Part shown: positions 48,921 through 63,016 of the stretch, piece by piece
Layout of the letters: each line of letters begins with the position of its first letter
How positions within the stretch are numbered: the first letter of the stretch is position 1
DNA from: Geosiphon pyriformis uo1
Taxonomy: Eukaryota; Fungi; Glomeromycota
NCBI GenBank assembly: GCA_016748015.1
Contig: JAAOMT010000151.1
Span: 248,001-312,000 of the forward strand
Length of the DNA stretch: 64,000 bases
Reading direction: 5' to 3'
The notes under the pieces: model-generated
Told to the model about the DNA's origin: nothing
Seen by the model: only the letters and a program-made list of their open reading frames with translations
Database searches by the model: none
Translations under genes and position numbers: made by a program

Positions 48921-51900
48921 CCAGTTTTATTTGGAAAATTGCCACATGTAATGTTAGGGGAATGAACAATCCTGCAAAGCAGGAGGACATTTTTCGCTGG
49001 CATAAGGAATCTGGTAGTTCGATCTTGATTGTTATGGAAACCAAGTTGTGTTCCAGTTCACAACCATGGATCATGAAAAGGTTTGAGGGTGTTCTGGTTT
49101 TTATGTCTGGTCTGGATGTTGGGTTTTGTGGGGCTGGTGTGGCTATTTTTGTAAACAATTCTCTGGCTCATCATGTTTTCAAAGTCAAGGAGGTGAAGGG
49201 CAGAGTTCTTTCAATTTGCCTTTTGTTCAAGAACAAGCTTTCTGTGTCTGTCATTGGGCTTTATGCCTGTGCATCTGGTGGTGACCGTTTTGCTCAGGCT
49301 TCTGTTATTAATTCATTTATTGCTGATACTGTCAACAAGAGTTTTTTTGTTGTTTTGGGTAAGGACTTCAATGAAGACAATTTAGTCAAGGAGATGAGTC
49401 TTAGGAAATGTTTAGGTTTGGGTTTAGTTGATGTTTTTGGTGGTTACTTTCTAGCTAGAATTCCTACTTGGAACAATTCAAGAGGCATTAACAAGGTTTT
49501 GGATTACATTCTAATTAGTGACTCTTTGATTTCAGCAGTTGTGAATCGTGATGTTAGTTTTGTCTCGGAATTTTTCGACATGGATCACTTGGCTGTGTTG
49601 ATGTCTGTTGGGTTGGGTGGTTTTCTGGATGCTTGTTTGAACAGCATCCACAAGCACGCTAATAAAGATTGCTGGAAGTTTAAGATTAAGAATGCTGATG
49701 AAAAAAAGTGGGCACATTTTAAGGATCTTTCTGAGTGTGTGCTTTTGGGTTCTCTGGATAGGTTCAAGACAGCTGAGGATGGTGACAACTTGGATGGAAT
49801 GTGAGGAATGCTAGCTGACGCCATAACTGCTTCTATTGAAAAAAAATTTTCAAGACATTGGTATAGTGAATTTGATTGTGCTAAGAATAGACTCTCTTCT
49901 AAATTTTCCAGGTTAGAGCTTTTGGTTGCCAAGTTATTAAAAGTGCTAAGACAGGATAATACTTTGGGCTTTGATCGTCTGGCTGATACTTGGTTTAAGG
50001 TTGATCCTTCTGAAGCTTCCAAAGTTTTTGGTATGGTCGGAGATGGTGTGAGTTCTGCTGGCTTGATAAGTCATCTTTCAAAGATTAGAAAGCAATATAG
50101 AAAGTCCAAATATTGTAAATCTAAGGTGGCCAAAAGATCTGCTATCAGGGATGCAATTGATAAGCGTATGGAAAAGTTCGAAACAGACAAAGATGAGATG
50201 ATTTGGAGCATCTTGGAGTGGCCCTTTCACAAAGTCATTCTGGACTATTTGGTTGTTGGTAATTCTCTTATTTTGGAACCTGACGAAGTGAAGCTCAAAG
50301 TGGATGACATCATAGTTAATTAGACCAGGAAGCAGAATGCTCTTTCTGCCCTGTCTGGTCCCTGGGCACAACAATATGCCTCTTTGGCTTATGTTAATAA
50401 TAGTGTTTTCAGTCTGGTTATGTGTGATATTACCATGTGTAAGATGTCTTCGGTTATAAGTGATCTTCTTGATGGCAAAGCTGCTGGTTTGTCTGGTATT
50501 ACCAATAAACTTTGAAAACACATTGGCTGTTTGGTTTTGGAGTGTTTGTTGTCTTTGCTGAATTCTTGTTTGCATTTTGGTAATGTTCCAGTCTATTGGA
50601 AAGAGGCCTGGGTGTCCATAATTCCTAAGCCTTATAATTGGGATGGCGTTTTGTCGAATACACAACCTATTGCATTAATTGAGACAGCCAGAAAGATTCT
50701 GTTAAAAGTTCTCTCAGACAGGATCTTTCTTGCTTGTAGTAAGTTTGATGTCCTCTGTGGTAACAACTTTTTTGTTCTTAAAGGCACTTCTACTCAGTCA
50801 CCAATTTCAGCTGTGGGTTCAATTGTGGAGGATGCTTTGGAAAAAGGCCACAAACTTTGGCTAGTTTTTCAAGACATGCACAAAGTGTATGACTCTGTTG
50901 ATTGGCTTTATTTAGAAGCTAGTTTACACCATATCAAAATGTGTAGCAAGTTTATCAAGTTTTTTGGCAACATTCACAACAGTCACTTCAACAGAGTCAT
51001 GACAGATTTTGGCCTTTCTGATGGATACAAAGTTCTTGATGGTTTGGATCAGGGTGAAGTTTTCTCACCTCTTTTATGGAGAATTTTTTATAACCTTTTG
51101 TTATGTAAAGGTGCGAGACAAGATCATTTGTGTGGTTATCGGATCAATTTGAACTTTGTGTTGAAGACTGGAAGGATTGAGACTAGTGGGAGTATGACCT
51201 TCTTTTTCACAGCTGATGCCTTTGTCAATGACACTATTTGGGTGGGAAATGGGCAAGCCTCTATGCAGCACATTCTTAATGTGGCCAGCGAGTTTTTTCT
51301 CATCAATGACATTAACATAAACAACGAGAAGACAGTTGCCATTCCTATCAACAAAAGAGTGGGGATTCCTGTTTTATCCATCAACGGCCAGGCTATTGCT
51401 GTTACCAATTCTGGTGTGAGTCATTGATATTTGGGTATTTTTTTGTCCATCGATGGTTTGTCTAAGCCGAGTCTTGCCAAAGCCAATTCAAATATTAAGT
51501 TCTTTTCAAATATGGTTCTCTGGAAGGCTGTCTCTGATAAACAATTCTCTTATCTGGTTTCAGCTGTTTTGCAGCCCATAGTCAGTTATCGAATGCAGTT
51601 TAATTTTGTTTCCAAAGCTGTTTGTCTTAAATGGGACATTCTAATTAGAAAGGGTCTTAGGTCGAAAGCCAATTTGCCAAGAGACTTTTCCAATGAGACG
51701 TTGTACCACCCCTCTCTTTATGGGCTGAAATCTTTTGAACAGTTGCAAGCTGAATGCAAGACAGCTTCCGTTGTGCAGTTTGTGAATTCTTCTGGAATTC
51801 TTGGCCGGCTGTTCGAACATCAAATTTTGGATTTGTAGATTTTGTGCTGGGCTCTGTTGAATCCTCTGTGATATCCTGTTAAGCTAAGAGTGAACACTTC

Positions 51901-53602
51901 AAACAATTTTCTAGTGGGTGTGGTTTGTATATTTCTTGACAACAAGCTGTCTTTGGATAACAGGCTTCCTTGTGCCTTTCACTCTCCTGGCCGTTTCCCA
52001 ATGTCATTAGTATTGGGTGATCCTTTGTATTTCAATGTGGTTTGCTCCTTGAAAATTGCTGGTGTGGCGTATGGTGACCAACTTCTGGACAAAAATGGTT
52101 CTATTGTTGGTTGGCGTACGTTTTGCCAATGGAAAAGACTTGGTTCTAGAGGCCCCATGTCTTTATGGTTTTTGAAGGCCTCTGCTTACTTGAGTAATTG
52201 TTTGCATGCTCCCTCTCCTGCGAGTTTAACTTCTGTCTGTGCTAGTGTTTTGAACTCGATGTCTTTTGCCAACATTCGTAAGGAGATTCATAGATTGTGG
52301 GCTGATAAGATTGATGTTTATATTGACAGTTCTCTTAGAAGTTTGGGTACATTTCAGATGGCATGTGGTGCTGCCATTTATTTTCTGGGCTTGAATAAAG
52401 GTTTAGAAGTGGAGGTACATGGTGTGCTGTCTTTGACCCTGGCTAAATTACAGGCTGTTGCTCTGGCTCTGGAGTGCGTTCCCATCTCTGTTTCAGTGGC
52501 TTTGCACATGGATAGTCAAGCAGCTATCGATGCATGTGTGGCTAAATTGGGTCTGTTACAGCTGGATTGTCGCAATAGTTGCTAGATAAAAAAGCGCCAT
52601 GTGGTTAATTTGATTGAATTCAAAGATCTGACTGTTCACTGGATCAAGGTCAAAAGTCATGCTGGCATCGCTGGTAATGTTTTGGCTAATGTTTTTGCTG
52701 AACAGACTGTGCACTCTGGGGTCTCTCTCCCTGCCAGGATTAATTGTAGATATGTGGTTGCTGATGGCAGGCCAGTTTCCAGTAATGCCCACCATTTTGT
52801 ACGTGACATTTTTTGTTCTATTTGCAAGTTTCAATGGGAAGTGGGTCCTAGCCAAGGGGTTGTGTCTTGTTTGTTTGGTCTGATTGTCGATTGGAATAGT
52901 ACTACTCTAGTTTGGCACTCTGACTCTCATATGCTCTCTGAGAGTATGTGTTGAGCCACTGCTGCTCTTCATACGTACTTCATGAAAGCTGTTTATTTTA
53001 AGTTGCCTGTTGCTGTTTAAAAGAGGTTGTATAATAAGGATTACCCTGGTGTGTCTTGTCTGTTTTGTGGTGATGTGAAACTTCCCGATCATGGTTTTAC
53101 TTGTGTTAAGGATGCTTCTGTGCGATCAGATATTTTGGGTGATTTTGGTGGTTTGTGAAGGACTCTGATGGGTCCTAATCTACTGTTGCCGTTTTTTGTA
53201 CTGCGAGATCTCTCTTTGGGAGTGTCTGATGTTGGGTTGTATTTGGTTTTTTGCAAGGGATTTGTTCTCAAGAGTTGGATAGATGAGGCCACTGCTTCTC
53301 TTGGTAACAAGAAGAAAGCGGCCATTGTGGTGATGGATTTCGTCTGTCGTTTGGCTGAGAGTTATAGGACAAACCTTTGGCTCTTTAGGACTAAGTTCAG
53401 GTCTAACATGGAGAGAAGTGGTTTGATTGGTGATGATGTTGTTGTGGCCAATGCTCTTGGTGTGGGTGCTCTGCCTCTCTCAGCTGGCACGGTCTGCCTT
53501 ATTGGTGTGCTAGATTCTCTTAATGTCGGTTTCGGTTTTAGGAGTAGGTTTTTGTTTTTGTCTGGTGCTGTTCATAGGGTTAGTGTTTTGATAAGTGCAT
53601 AG
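48917..53602 (+). pseudogene. LINE-3 ORF2: APE, RT, RNase H, CCHC
   Basis: WKIATCNVRG..ETKL..DFN..DYI..DH; QPIALIET; QDMHKVYDSV; GLDQGEVFSPLLW; AFVNDT; VYIDSS..DSQAA..VKSHAG..GN; CLFCG..DHGFTC. Confidence 0.94.
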
Positions 53603-53916
53603 TGTTGCCTTGATTGGCTCGAGTGGCCGGTCACATGTAGCAAATGCGTGAACCATGTTTAGTTGGCTACTTTTCTTTGTAACTTATTCTAGACTTTGGT
53701 TGGGCTGCACTCATTAATAAATAAATAAATAAAATATATATCTATTTTAATTAATTAGTAAATAATTATTAAGCTATTAAGTTTTTTATTTAATTATAAG
53801 TACTTTTTGGCTTATTTGTTTATAATTACATTAAATTAGATATATTTGTATATGGTTTGTATACTTTTATGTACACATAATGTTTTCTAATTTATTTGTT
53901 GCTTTGTATTATTTAT

Positions 53917-54382
53917 TTATTTATTTAACGCATTTAACGAGTATAGCCCAATCGCTATCTAGTACATAGAACCAAACTAAAAGGCTCAAACTAGACGCGA
54001 CTCACGCACTTTCTACATGTGGCTAGCCACTCAGACCAGACAAGACAACACTACACATCTATAACTACTTGCACACTGCCATCCAGACCAGAAAAGAAAC
54101 AAAAAGGCTTGTGATGACCAAAGCTAACAGCAAAAGAATTGGCCAAACCAAGCAATCTCACAACACCATCAGACAAAACCAAAGACACACCACAAGGGAG
54201 CCCAGAAACAACACCAACATCACAGACCAGACCAGCCTTCTCTATCATCACCCGGTGGCTGGCTCTAGCTAACCATATCTTAGCATAATGTAAACCAACA
54301 ACAAACCTGACATAATCAACAATCCTAGCAGTGGCCACCTTTTTATCCTCAAAAACATCACAAGCCTCCTCATATCATTCCA
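53917..54382 (-). mobile_element. 5'-truncated LINE copy (ORF2 C-terminus, 3'UTR and (TAAA)n tail)
   Basis: ORF 54051-54338 homologous to the ORF2 end; 3'UTR; TSD TATTATTTAT (53907-53916 / 54383-54392). Confidence 0.88.
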
Positions 54383-54399
54383 TATTATTTATATTGTTA

Positions 54400-56853
54400 T
54401 TTAATAATTAGTTAATATATTATAATTTTATTATTTTTGGTTTTTGTTAATTTTTATTAAGTAATATTATAAATAAAATTAACAATTTTTTAATAGCAAT
54501 TTAACTACTACCAAAAATAGACTGAGTTTTCAAATACTATTTTTTAAACATAATATTTTTGCATAAAACAATATAAATTATGTTATTAAATATATATATA
54601 TAAAGCAACTATAAAACACAAGACAATAATAAGCTTAAATTTGATAAAAAACCTTATAAAATTACATATAATTTGATTAACTTCTTACAAAAAAACAAAA
54701 TTCATCTTATATATATAAAAATAATCAGAAAATTTTATCTTTTTACAATAAAAACACAAAATATTAGAATATTTTTTATTATATAAATGCTTATAAATAA
54801 CAATAAACAAGTAATAATATAAAGCTTTTATGAATATAAATGCAAATTAACAAAGGTTTTATTTATAAAACCAAAAGTCATATGCAAATTAAAATATTAA
54901 ACTAAAACAGTTTGATCTTAATTAATGTTCTTAATAATATTTATATTTATAATATCAAAACCAAATCTAATCTCTTAATAAATATAATAGATAGTTTTAA
55001 ACATATTATTAAGTATTTTCAAATATTGTTATATTATCAGCTTTAATAAACTTCTTGTAAACATAAACAAAAAATACCAAATTTAAATAAAAAGCAATAA
55101 TAACCAGTTTATTAATATACTTATTATCTAAAATATCTGAATAGTTTTTAATTTTAAACTAAATAACATTAAGACTTTTACTTCTGATAAAATTTATAAT
55201 ACAATGTTTTTCAAGTTAATAACAGTTGTAAAAATTTGGCAAAACCATATTTAGTTTAATTAAACAAGTATTTAAAGCAGTTTAACTATTTAAATATATT
55301 ATAACAGCACTAAAAACAGAAATACACTTAAGTACCAAAGTAATTGGCTATAATTCTGCCAACATAAACGAAATTAAACCACCAATTTTAACATCTATAG
55401 CTAAATTTAAATCAGCAAAAAACATAATTGTACTATATTTTACTTTAGACATACTTAGATTTTTTAAAAATTTATCTGTGTAAACATTAATAATATCCAA
55501 ATTGGCATCGAAAAAACACCTTTTAACTATAAAAAAATTACTGAAATTATAAACATTCAAAAAGCATAAATTACTAATTAAAGACTGATTAACATAATAA
55601 AAAATATTACCAACCAGAAAATTAAATGCCAACTTAAACCAATTGGAAATTAGATTTTGAGAATCAAGTTTTTTTCAATAACAAAAACTTTTTTAATTAA
55701 AAATTGATTTTTTTTAATATAAAACTGTTTAATAAAAGCAATACCAAATTTCTTAAAAAAACAAAAAACTTTATAAAAAACTAAATCTTCTAAAACAAGT
55801 GATATTAAAATATTATCAAAAAGATAAAATACAAAGAATAACATATTTACTAAAAAAAATATTGTAATTCAGAAAAATTTTTTTTATATCAGCCAAAAAA
55901 TTGTTTACCAAACTAATTTTTAATTTTACAGAATACTACAATAAATAATTAAGAAACCAACTTAATATTTGCAAATTTAGTAACTTTTAATTGAACAAAT
56001 AACTAAAAATATTATTAATATTAAAAAAATTTATTACTATAACTATTTTATTTTCTTTTTGTATCTGTTCAAAAGTTTTTAAGTCATATAAAGACAAATA
56101 ATAGATAGTTTTACTAAGAAAATTTTTTAGTAAACTAGTTTTTATCTTTAAATTTTTTCTAATTAACATATTTTATTTGTTATATATACTTTTAAAAATA
56201 AAACTAAACTAAGTTTTGTAACTAATAATAAATAGCAACACAATTAAAACCAAAAAAAACTGTTTGTTTAAGATAACTTTTTTAAGACTATATTAACAAA
56301 AAACTTAATATTTGAATAAATTTTTGCCAAACTGAATTTAAACAAACTTTTTAATAATAAAAAAATATCCAAATATTTATAAAATTTTTTTTTATGCAAT
56401 AAAAATTGGCAGACTACTTATTGATAATAAAGCTTTTCTGATTTTCTAATTGATAAAAATAACTATTGTCTTTTTATTCTTGATTAAAATATTATTAATT
56501 TTAAAGAACTTACTTATAATATTCAGAATATATTAAGTAGTAGTCTACTTATTTTTTACTTAAATAGTATTATTAACAAAAACACTAACTGCCAAATAAA
56601 ATATTAATTTAGTCTGGTTTTTAATTCTGCCAGTTTGAACAATAAATTTATTATTAATATAATAGTTGTACAAATTTTTATGTCTTTTTATTTTATATAA
56701 TAAAAAATCATAAAAAACTTTCTAAAACAGTAAAAAAAAATTTTATCTTAATTCAGACTATTATATACTTAGTATTTATTAGTTAGTTCATAATTTATCA
56801 TGATTTAATTAACTTTGTTATTGTAAATACTACTAAAAAATTTTATAAACTAC
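54400..56853 (-). mobile_element. Heavily decayed LINE-4, 3' part (RT C-terminus, RNase H, CCHC)
   Basis: ORFs 55348-55632 (NVYTDKFLK..LAEL), 55650-55844 (FGIAFIKQ) and 55987-56169 (LYDLKTFEQIQ) match LINE ORF2. Confidence 0.8.
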
Positions 56854-59800
56854 TATTATAAGTGATTTATTTGAATGTTAAAATAAATAACAAACTTATA
56901 ATATAGTGTTTAATAATTATTAATAATAACTTTTAAAAATGTTTGTAATCTGAAGATTTTAGTTAAGTTTTTTGTATAATAAACAAAGATTTAATGGCAA
57001 ATAATTGGTGATATTTAATGTTTAATTTTTAACATAATAACTAATTTATTTTGATAAATACACTTTTTTGGTAAGTAATTCTTATTATTTAATTTATGTT
57101 TTGTCTTGGCATTTTTTTATTAGATAATTTTCAATATTTTAATTTTAATGCTTTTTTTTAATTAATTAATAAACACACAAACAAAAGTAAAAAAAATTAA
57201 AAAAATTAAAAAATTAGTATTTTGTTAATAGTCATAATTAAAAATTATTGTTTCAATATAATTAAGTATTAGCTATTATTAATATGAATTGCTAATATGA
57301 CAAAAATAATAAATAATTTAATTAAGTAATGATAATAACATGAATTGAGCAGTAATTAATAATTTTATTAATAAGTATATAATTTTATTTCAAGTAATAG
57401 CAAACTAACTTTTAAAATAAATAAATAAAAAAAAAGACCAAATCTTAAAGTTTTGTTTTGAATTCTGATTTGTCTTTTTCTCTTCTATTTCTATTGCTAT
57501 ATATATATAATTTTTATTATATAAAATTCTTTAAAATCTTTGAATTTTTTCTAAAAAAATTTCTGAAATTCTAAAATCCTGTAATTTTTACTAAAAGTGT
57601 TACTAGAATTTTAGAATTCTGAAATTTCAATTAAGAAAAATTCTGAAATTCCTCTTTTATTATGCTTATTTCTAACTAGTTATTTATTAAATTTATTATT
57701 TTTTATTATTACATAAGTAATAATAATATTTTTTTTTAATATTAGGCTTTATTGAAATCTCCCAGATTTTTTCTTTAAATTAATTCTATTACTTCTTTTT
57801 CTAAAATTACATTGTTAATTTTAGTCTGTAATTTTTTAAATTGAGCATTAGTGATTTTTTTTATTTGTTAATTGTTATTATGTTTATTATTAAATATAGT
57901 AGTATTTTTGAACAATTTTAAAATTTTGTTTATAATTAGTAAATTGCTTTTACATATATGGTTAAACTGTTTTTTTTACAAATTTTTTTATCTGCTGTAA
58001 CATAATAAAATTAAATATTTATTTGGTTTTATTCATATACAAGTTCTAAATATTTAGCTGTTTTTTTAAGTAATAATAGCAAAAGTTTTTAGAAAATTGT
58101 TGTGTTTATTGATTTCAATTTTTTTTGGTTATTTTTTAATATGTTGTAATTATTATTGAATTTTTTAATGCTGTTTTTACTTTTTCTATTATTTTATCTA
58201 CTATATTTTTAAATAATATGTGTATTTGATATTATTAATTATTTTAAAGCTTTTGTTTCTTTTTTGTGTCTTTGTATTAAATAATTTGTTTATTAATTGT
58301 GGTTTTTATATCCAATTTTTGATGTTTTATAAGTTAAAATAATTATTGTACAATAAAGTAAATATTATCAGTAATTTTCATTTTTTTAATTTTTTTTTTG
58401 TCATATATATTGGATTTTTATATTTTTAACTGATTTAATTTATATGTTTGCTTTAATAATTATAATTGATTTCAAATTTCGTGAAATTTTATTTAGTTTA
58501 ACTAGTATTTTTTGTACTTCTAATTGTAAAATATTATTGGTAATAAATAATATTTTGTTGTAATATAATTTAAGCCAATTACTATGTACTGCTTTGACTA
58601 AAATTTTATTGTTTTATCTTAATTTATATGCTTTATTTCCTAAAATTTTTTCAATATGAAATAAACTGTTTTATTTGGAATTAAACTTTTTGCTTCATTG
58701 TTTTTTTATCTTAATATAATATAATAATACTTTGTTTTCAATTTTAAATTTAACTGGTTTATTTAATAGCTAGTTATTATATTATTTTTTTGTTTTTTTT
58801 GTAACTTTTGAATATTATTAGCTGCTTTTTTTTATTTATTTTTTAGTATTTCTATTAAATTATATGTTTTTTGTAACAATATTGCTTAAAAAATAATTTT
58901 TGTTATTAATTTGGCTAGATATATTTAAATATCTATCTCAATTAATAATATTGCTGTTTTATTATAAATCAATTTAAATAATATTGTCTGAATTATATTT
59001 TGCTTGTTGTTTAATAAGCAAATAATATTAATAATATAAACAAGTTTTATTTTTCCTGATTTTTCTGATTGATTTTGGCAATTATTTTACACAATATTCT
59101 ATTAAACTTTTTAATTAAGCTATTTGTTTGTAAATAATATGATAATAATAGTAATTTTTTTATTTCAAATCTTTAACTTAATTCTGTTAATATTTTGTTT
59201 ATAAAGTAAATTTTTTGGTTTGATAATAATTTTTTTGGAAATTTATAATAATAAATTAGTTTTTAGTATACAGATTCTGTTACTGTTTCTATATTGGCTC
59301 TTTAAATAGTTTTAACTTTTGGTTATTTAATAAAATAGTCCATTGTTACTGTTATATATTTGTTGCTTTTGTTAATAATTGTTAATAGTTTTATTAAATT
59401 AATCTTAATTTAATTAAATAATTATCATATTTTAATTGATCTTAATAGTTTACTAGATCTTGTTTCTCTTTTTTTTTAATAAATATTACAATTTTAAACA
59501 TATTAAATAATATTTAAATATATTAATAGCCAGTAATATTGTTTTTTGGTTCTTTTAATTATGGTTTTTTTATAAAAATGTTTTGTTGTTGGATCTAAAT
59601 ACATATTAAATAATATTATTTTTTTTTCTGATTTTGTGACTATTTTAAGTGGTTGGTTTGGTTTTTTTTATTTTTTTAATATAGTATATTTTGGTAAATA
59701 ATAAAATATTTTGATTGTTGTTTTATATTGTTTTTTTTTATTTTAAGATAATTTTTTCTTAACCTGTTAAATATTAATATAATATTAAAGTTATTAGTAT

Positions 59801-60590
59801 TTTTGTATATTTATTTTTTAACTTATTTTTTGGTTTTAAAATGTTCTTAAATTTGTCTTATTTTGGATAAACTATCAAAATTTCTATTTTTTATTAAAGT
59901 ATATTGTATAATTAAATAGTAATAATTCTATTTTTTATCTTATATAATAATTGTTTTCAAATTTTTGTTTTTGAATTAATGTCAATTTTTTGTAGTCTGT
60001 ATATATATCAAATTTTTTAACTCAAGTATTTATTTTATTTTATTACAGTTTAGTAAAAAACGGAGTATTTTAGTACTAGAGTATTATAATTTTTTTTGAT
60101 TAAACTTAAGCTTTGATTGATATATACTACTAAATATTTTTTTTTATAAAATTTTTATTGAAATAGAACTGTTTTCAATACTAAGTCTAATATATTTGTT
60201 GTAATAATAAATAATTTATTATAATTTAAATAGATCAATATTAAAGCTTAAACAAGCTTTTTTTAGTGTATTAAAAGCTATTTATTGTTATTTAGTCTAT
60301 TTATATTTTGTGTTTTTTGCTTAAAACTAATACAACAGTTGGGTTAATTTAAAAAAGTTGTAAATAAAGTGGTAATTGTATTTGGTAAATTTCAGAAATG
60401 CTTTTAGTTTTGTAAGATTTATTAATACTAAAAAGTTTTTACTTTTTTCAATTTTGTCTAAATCTGTTTTAATGTTATTTTTACTAATAATATGTTTCAA
60501 AAACTTAAGCTTAGTCTTTCTAAAAAAGTATTTAATTGTATTTAACTTTAATTTAATTCTTCTTAATTTTTTAAATACTTGTTAAAAATA
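56854..60590 (-). mobile_element. Heavily decayed Gypsy C (B-like): 3' LTR 56854-57722, ORF3 remnant (start ~58380, MKITDNIY), IN, RH, part of RT; 5' half missing
   Basis: Collinear with 28027-31800 after C>T/G>A decay (e.g. 60376-60590 vs 31576-31800; 58560-58860 vs 29740-30040). Confidence 0.8.
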
Positions 60591-60599
60591 TTACAAAGA

Positions 60600-63016
60600 T
60601 TATTATTAATTAAAACAAACTTTCTGTATTTATTAACACTTTTTAAGTTAAATCACATAAAAAACTTGTAAGTAAAAAATCTATTAAAAAAATTTAACAA
60701 ATTTAGATCTAAAAATTTTTTTAAATTTATATTATAACCAATATTATTCTTATTAAAATTACCATTTAGAACAACAAAAGTACTATTATTTAAAGTCTTT
60801 ATTATTATTAAATTAATATTATAAGATTAAATCAATCTTTTTACCAAAGTAATATCTGCATACAAATCTAAAATAGAGATTAAAAAACAATTCTTAAATA
60901 ATAATCATATTAACAAAAACTAATTGGCTATTTTTAAAACTTTGCAAACAAATTTAACTATAATATTATTAATAATTATAGCTATTATAAAACCTAAATA
61001 ATTAGAGTTAATACTTAATATAAAGATTCAAACATTATTAAATCTGTTTATAATTTATAATTAAACTTTATCTTTTAATTTTGTTTAATAACAATTAAAA
61101 CAAAATTGTTTATTTTTTTGTACTACTAAATAATATCTATCTGTTTAACAGAATTATTTATGCTATAAACATTATATATAACAATTTTTTAAATAAAATT
61201 AGTTATTAAAAAGTAAGAAAAAAAAATATTTTAAGCCAAAGACAAATTGTTAAATTTTGTTAACAAATTTATAATTAAGCTAAACAAATTATTTAATTAA
61301 GTTTTTAATTTAATCATATTTAAAAATACTAAAAAACTTAATTTTATTACAGTTTTACTATTAGTGTATATACTTAAATTTTTTATTATTATTATATTAT
61401 TTATTTAATTTTATAATAAAAGAGTTATTAACAATTAATATTTAAAGTTAAACTAAAAAATCACTAATACAAGTATGTTTAATCTTTTAGCCAATTTACC
61501 AATTTGTTTTATAAAGTTGGCAAAACTGTATTTAAGTTTGTTAAATTATAATTCCAAAATGCCCATAACTATTGAAAAAATTTAACTTTATTTAAAAAAC
61601 CAAACCAAAAAAAATACCAGAAACCACTTAAAAAAAATTTATTAACAAATATCTAAGATTTGTTTCTAAAAACTACTAAATAAATAACAAAAACAAACTT
61701 TTTTGCAAACTATCAAAGATAATTAGAACCAATAAAATACAACATTTTTTATAATAAAAGTCATAACTACTGTTTTAATCAAACTCTTTTCTAAATTAAA
61801 ACATACTTAATATAATTATAATTAATAGAGTTGTAATTAATTATACAAATTTTTTTACTAATTAAATCAATAATATTCTAAAAATTATGAACAGTTATTT
61901 TCACAAAAAATATATAAAGCAAAGTCTTAAACTCATTTTTAGTATTCTATAATTGTTTATTAATATTAGTTTTTATTATACAGATTGTGTTTTTTCTAAT
62001 AAAAATAGATTACTTAAAAGCCAAAAAATTAGCTTAATTCTAATTATCTAATTTTATGATTGTCTTTTACTATAGTCTTATTAATTAAATCTTAATTAAC
62101 TTAATAGTACCAAAATTAATAAATGTAATTTATATAGCCTCTAAAAATGTTTTTACAGAAATTTTTTTAATTACTATTCCTAATTTGTCTAACTGTTTAC
62201 TGAATACTTAAAATTAGTATTTACTACAACATTTTTATTATTTGTTAAATCTGTTATAGTTAATATTGCTTTTTTAAAAGTAAAAAATGTCCAAATAATT
62301 CTATTATATTTTAAGAAAGTGAAAGTTTTTCCAAAATTATTTATACTAAAAAAAAATTCCTAACAAATTTTAGTTTTTTTTAAGCTAAATTTACAAATAC
62401 AATAGAAAAATTAATATCTAAAGTAAAAGATTTGTAAACTGAAATATTTATTAATAGCTTGAGAAAAAAATTAAATAAAAAACTGTTTAAAAAGTTATTA
62501 TTATTATTACTGCCAATATTAAAATCAATTTGTTTTAAAAATTTCTTAAATATATACTTAATAATAATTTTTTTTGGCTCTTTAGAAGTCATATTAACAT
62601 TTTTTTATTTTAATTTATTATTACTGCTAAGCTAAAAACTGGTCTTTTTACAAAAAACTCTTTATCTATATTTATGTTTTTTGTATTAACAGTGTTATTA
62701 GTATTTAAACCAATTATTCTGTTAGTTTTAAATAATGTCTAAAAAACACCAAAGCCAATTCTAACAACAGATTCTTTTAAACACTTTTTTTGCATTTTTT
62801 TTTGGCAAATAAGTTCAAAACTACAAAATTAGCACTAATTTTTTTTTGGATTCTTTTATACTTAAACTATTGTTAATATTGGCAGTTTTATAATTAAACA
62901 TAAAAAGATTTAAAATATTTAATTAAATAGTGAAAAATAAACAAAGACAGAAAAAACTTCTTTTAAAAATAATGTATTTTTTCAGAAATTTGGAACGTAA
63001 AAAAGAAAAAAATTTT
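60600..63016 (-). mobile_element. Heavily decayed LINE 5' part (5'UTR motif, ORF1, APE start), probably LINE-4
   Basis: ORF 62380-62592 (LINISVYKSFTLDI) matches LINE-2 ORF1; the 5' motif 'tacgttccaaatttctgaaaaaa' lies at ~62976-62999 on minus. Confidence 0.75.

Larger units (their letters stand above)
46909..53736 (+). mobile_element. Full-length LINE-3 (least decayed), defective
   Basis: 5' motif at 46919, ORF1/ORF2, 3'UTR, (TAAA)n tail, TSD TATATCTAT (46900-46908 / 53737-53745). Confidence 0.93.

Noticed and set aside
53601-53711. LINE 3'UTR as a tRNA or a hammerhead/hairpin ribozyme
   Set aside because: No T-loop/D-loop consensus, no CUGANGA/GAAA core and no hairpin-ribozyme loop motifs.
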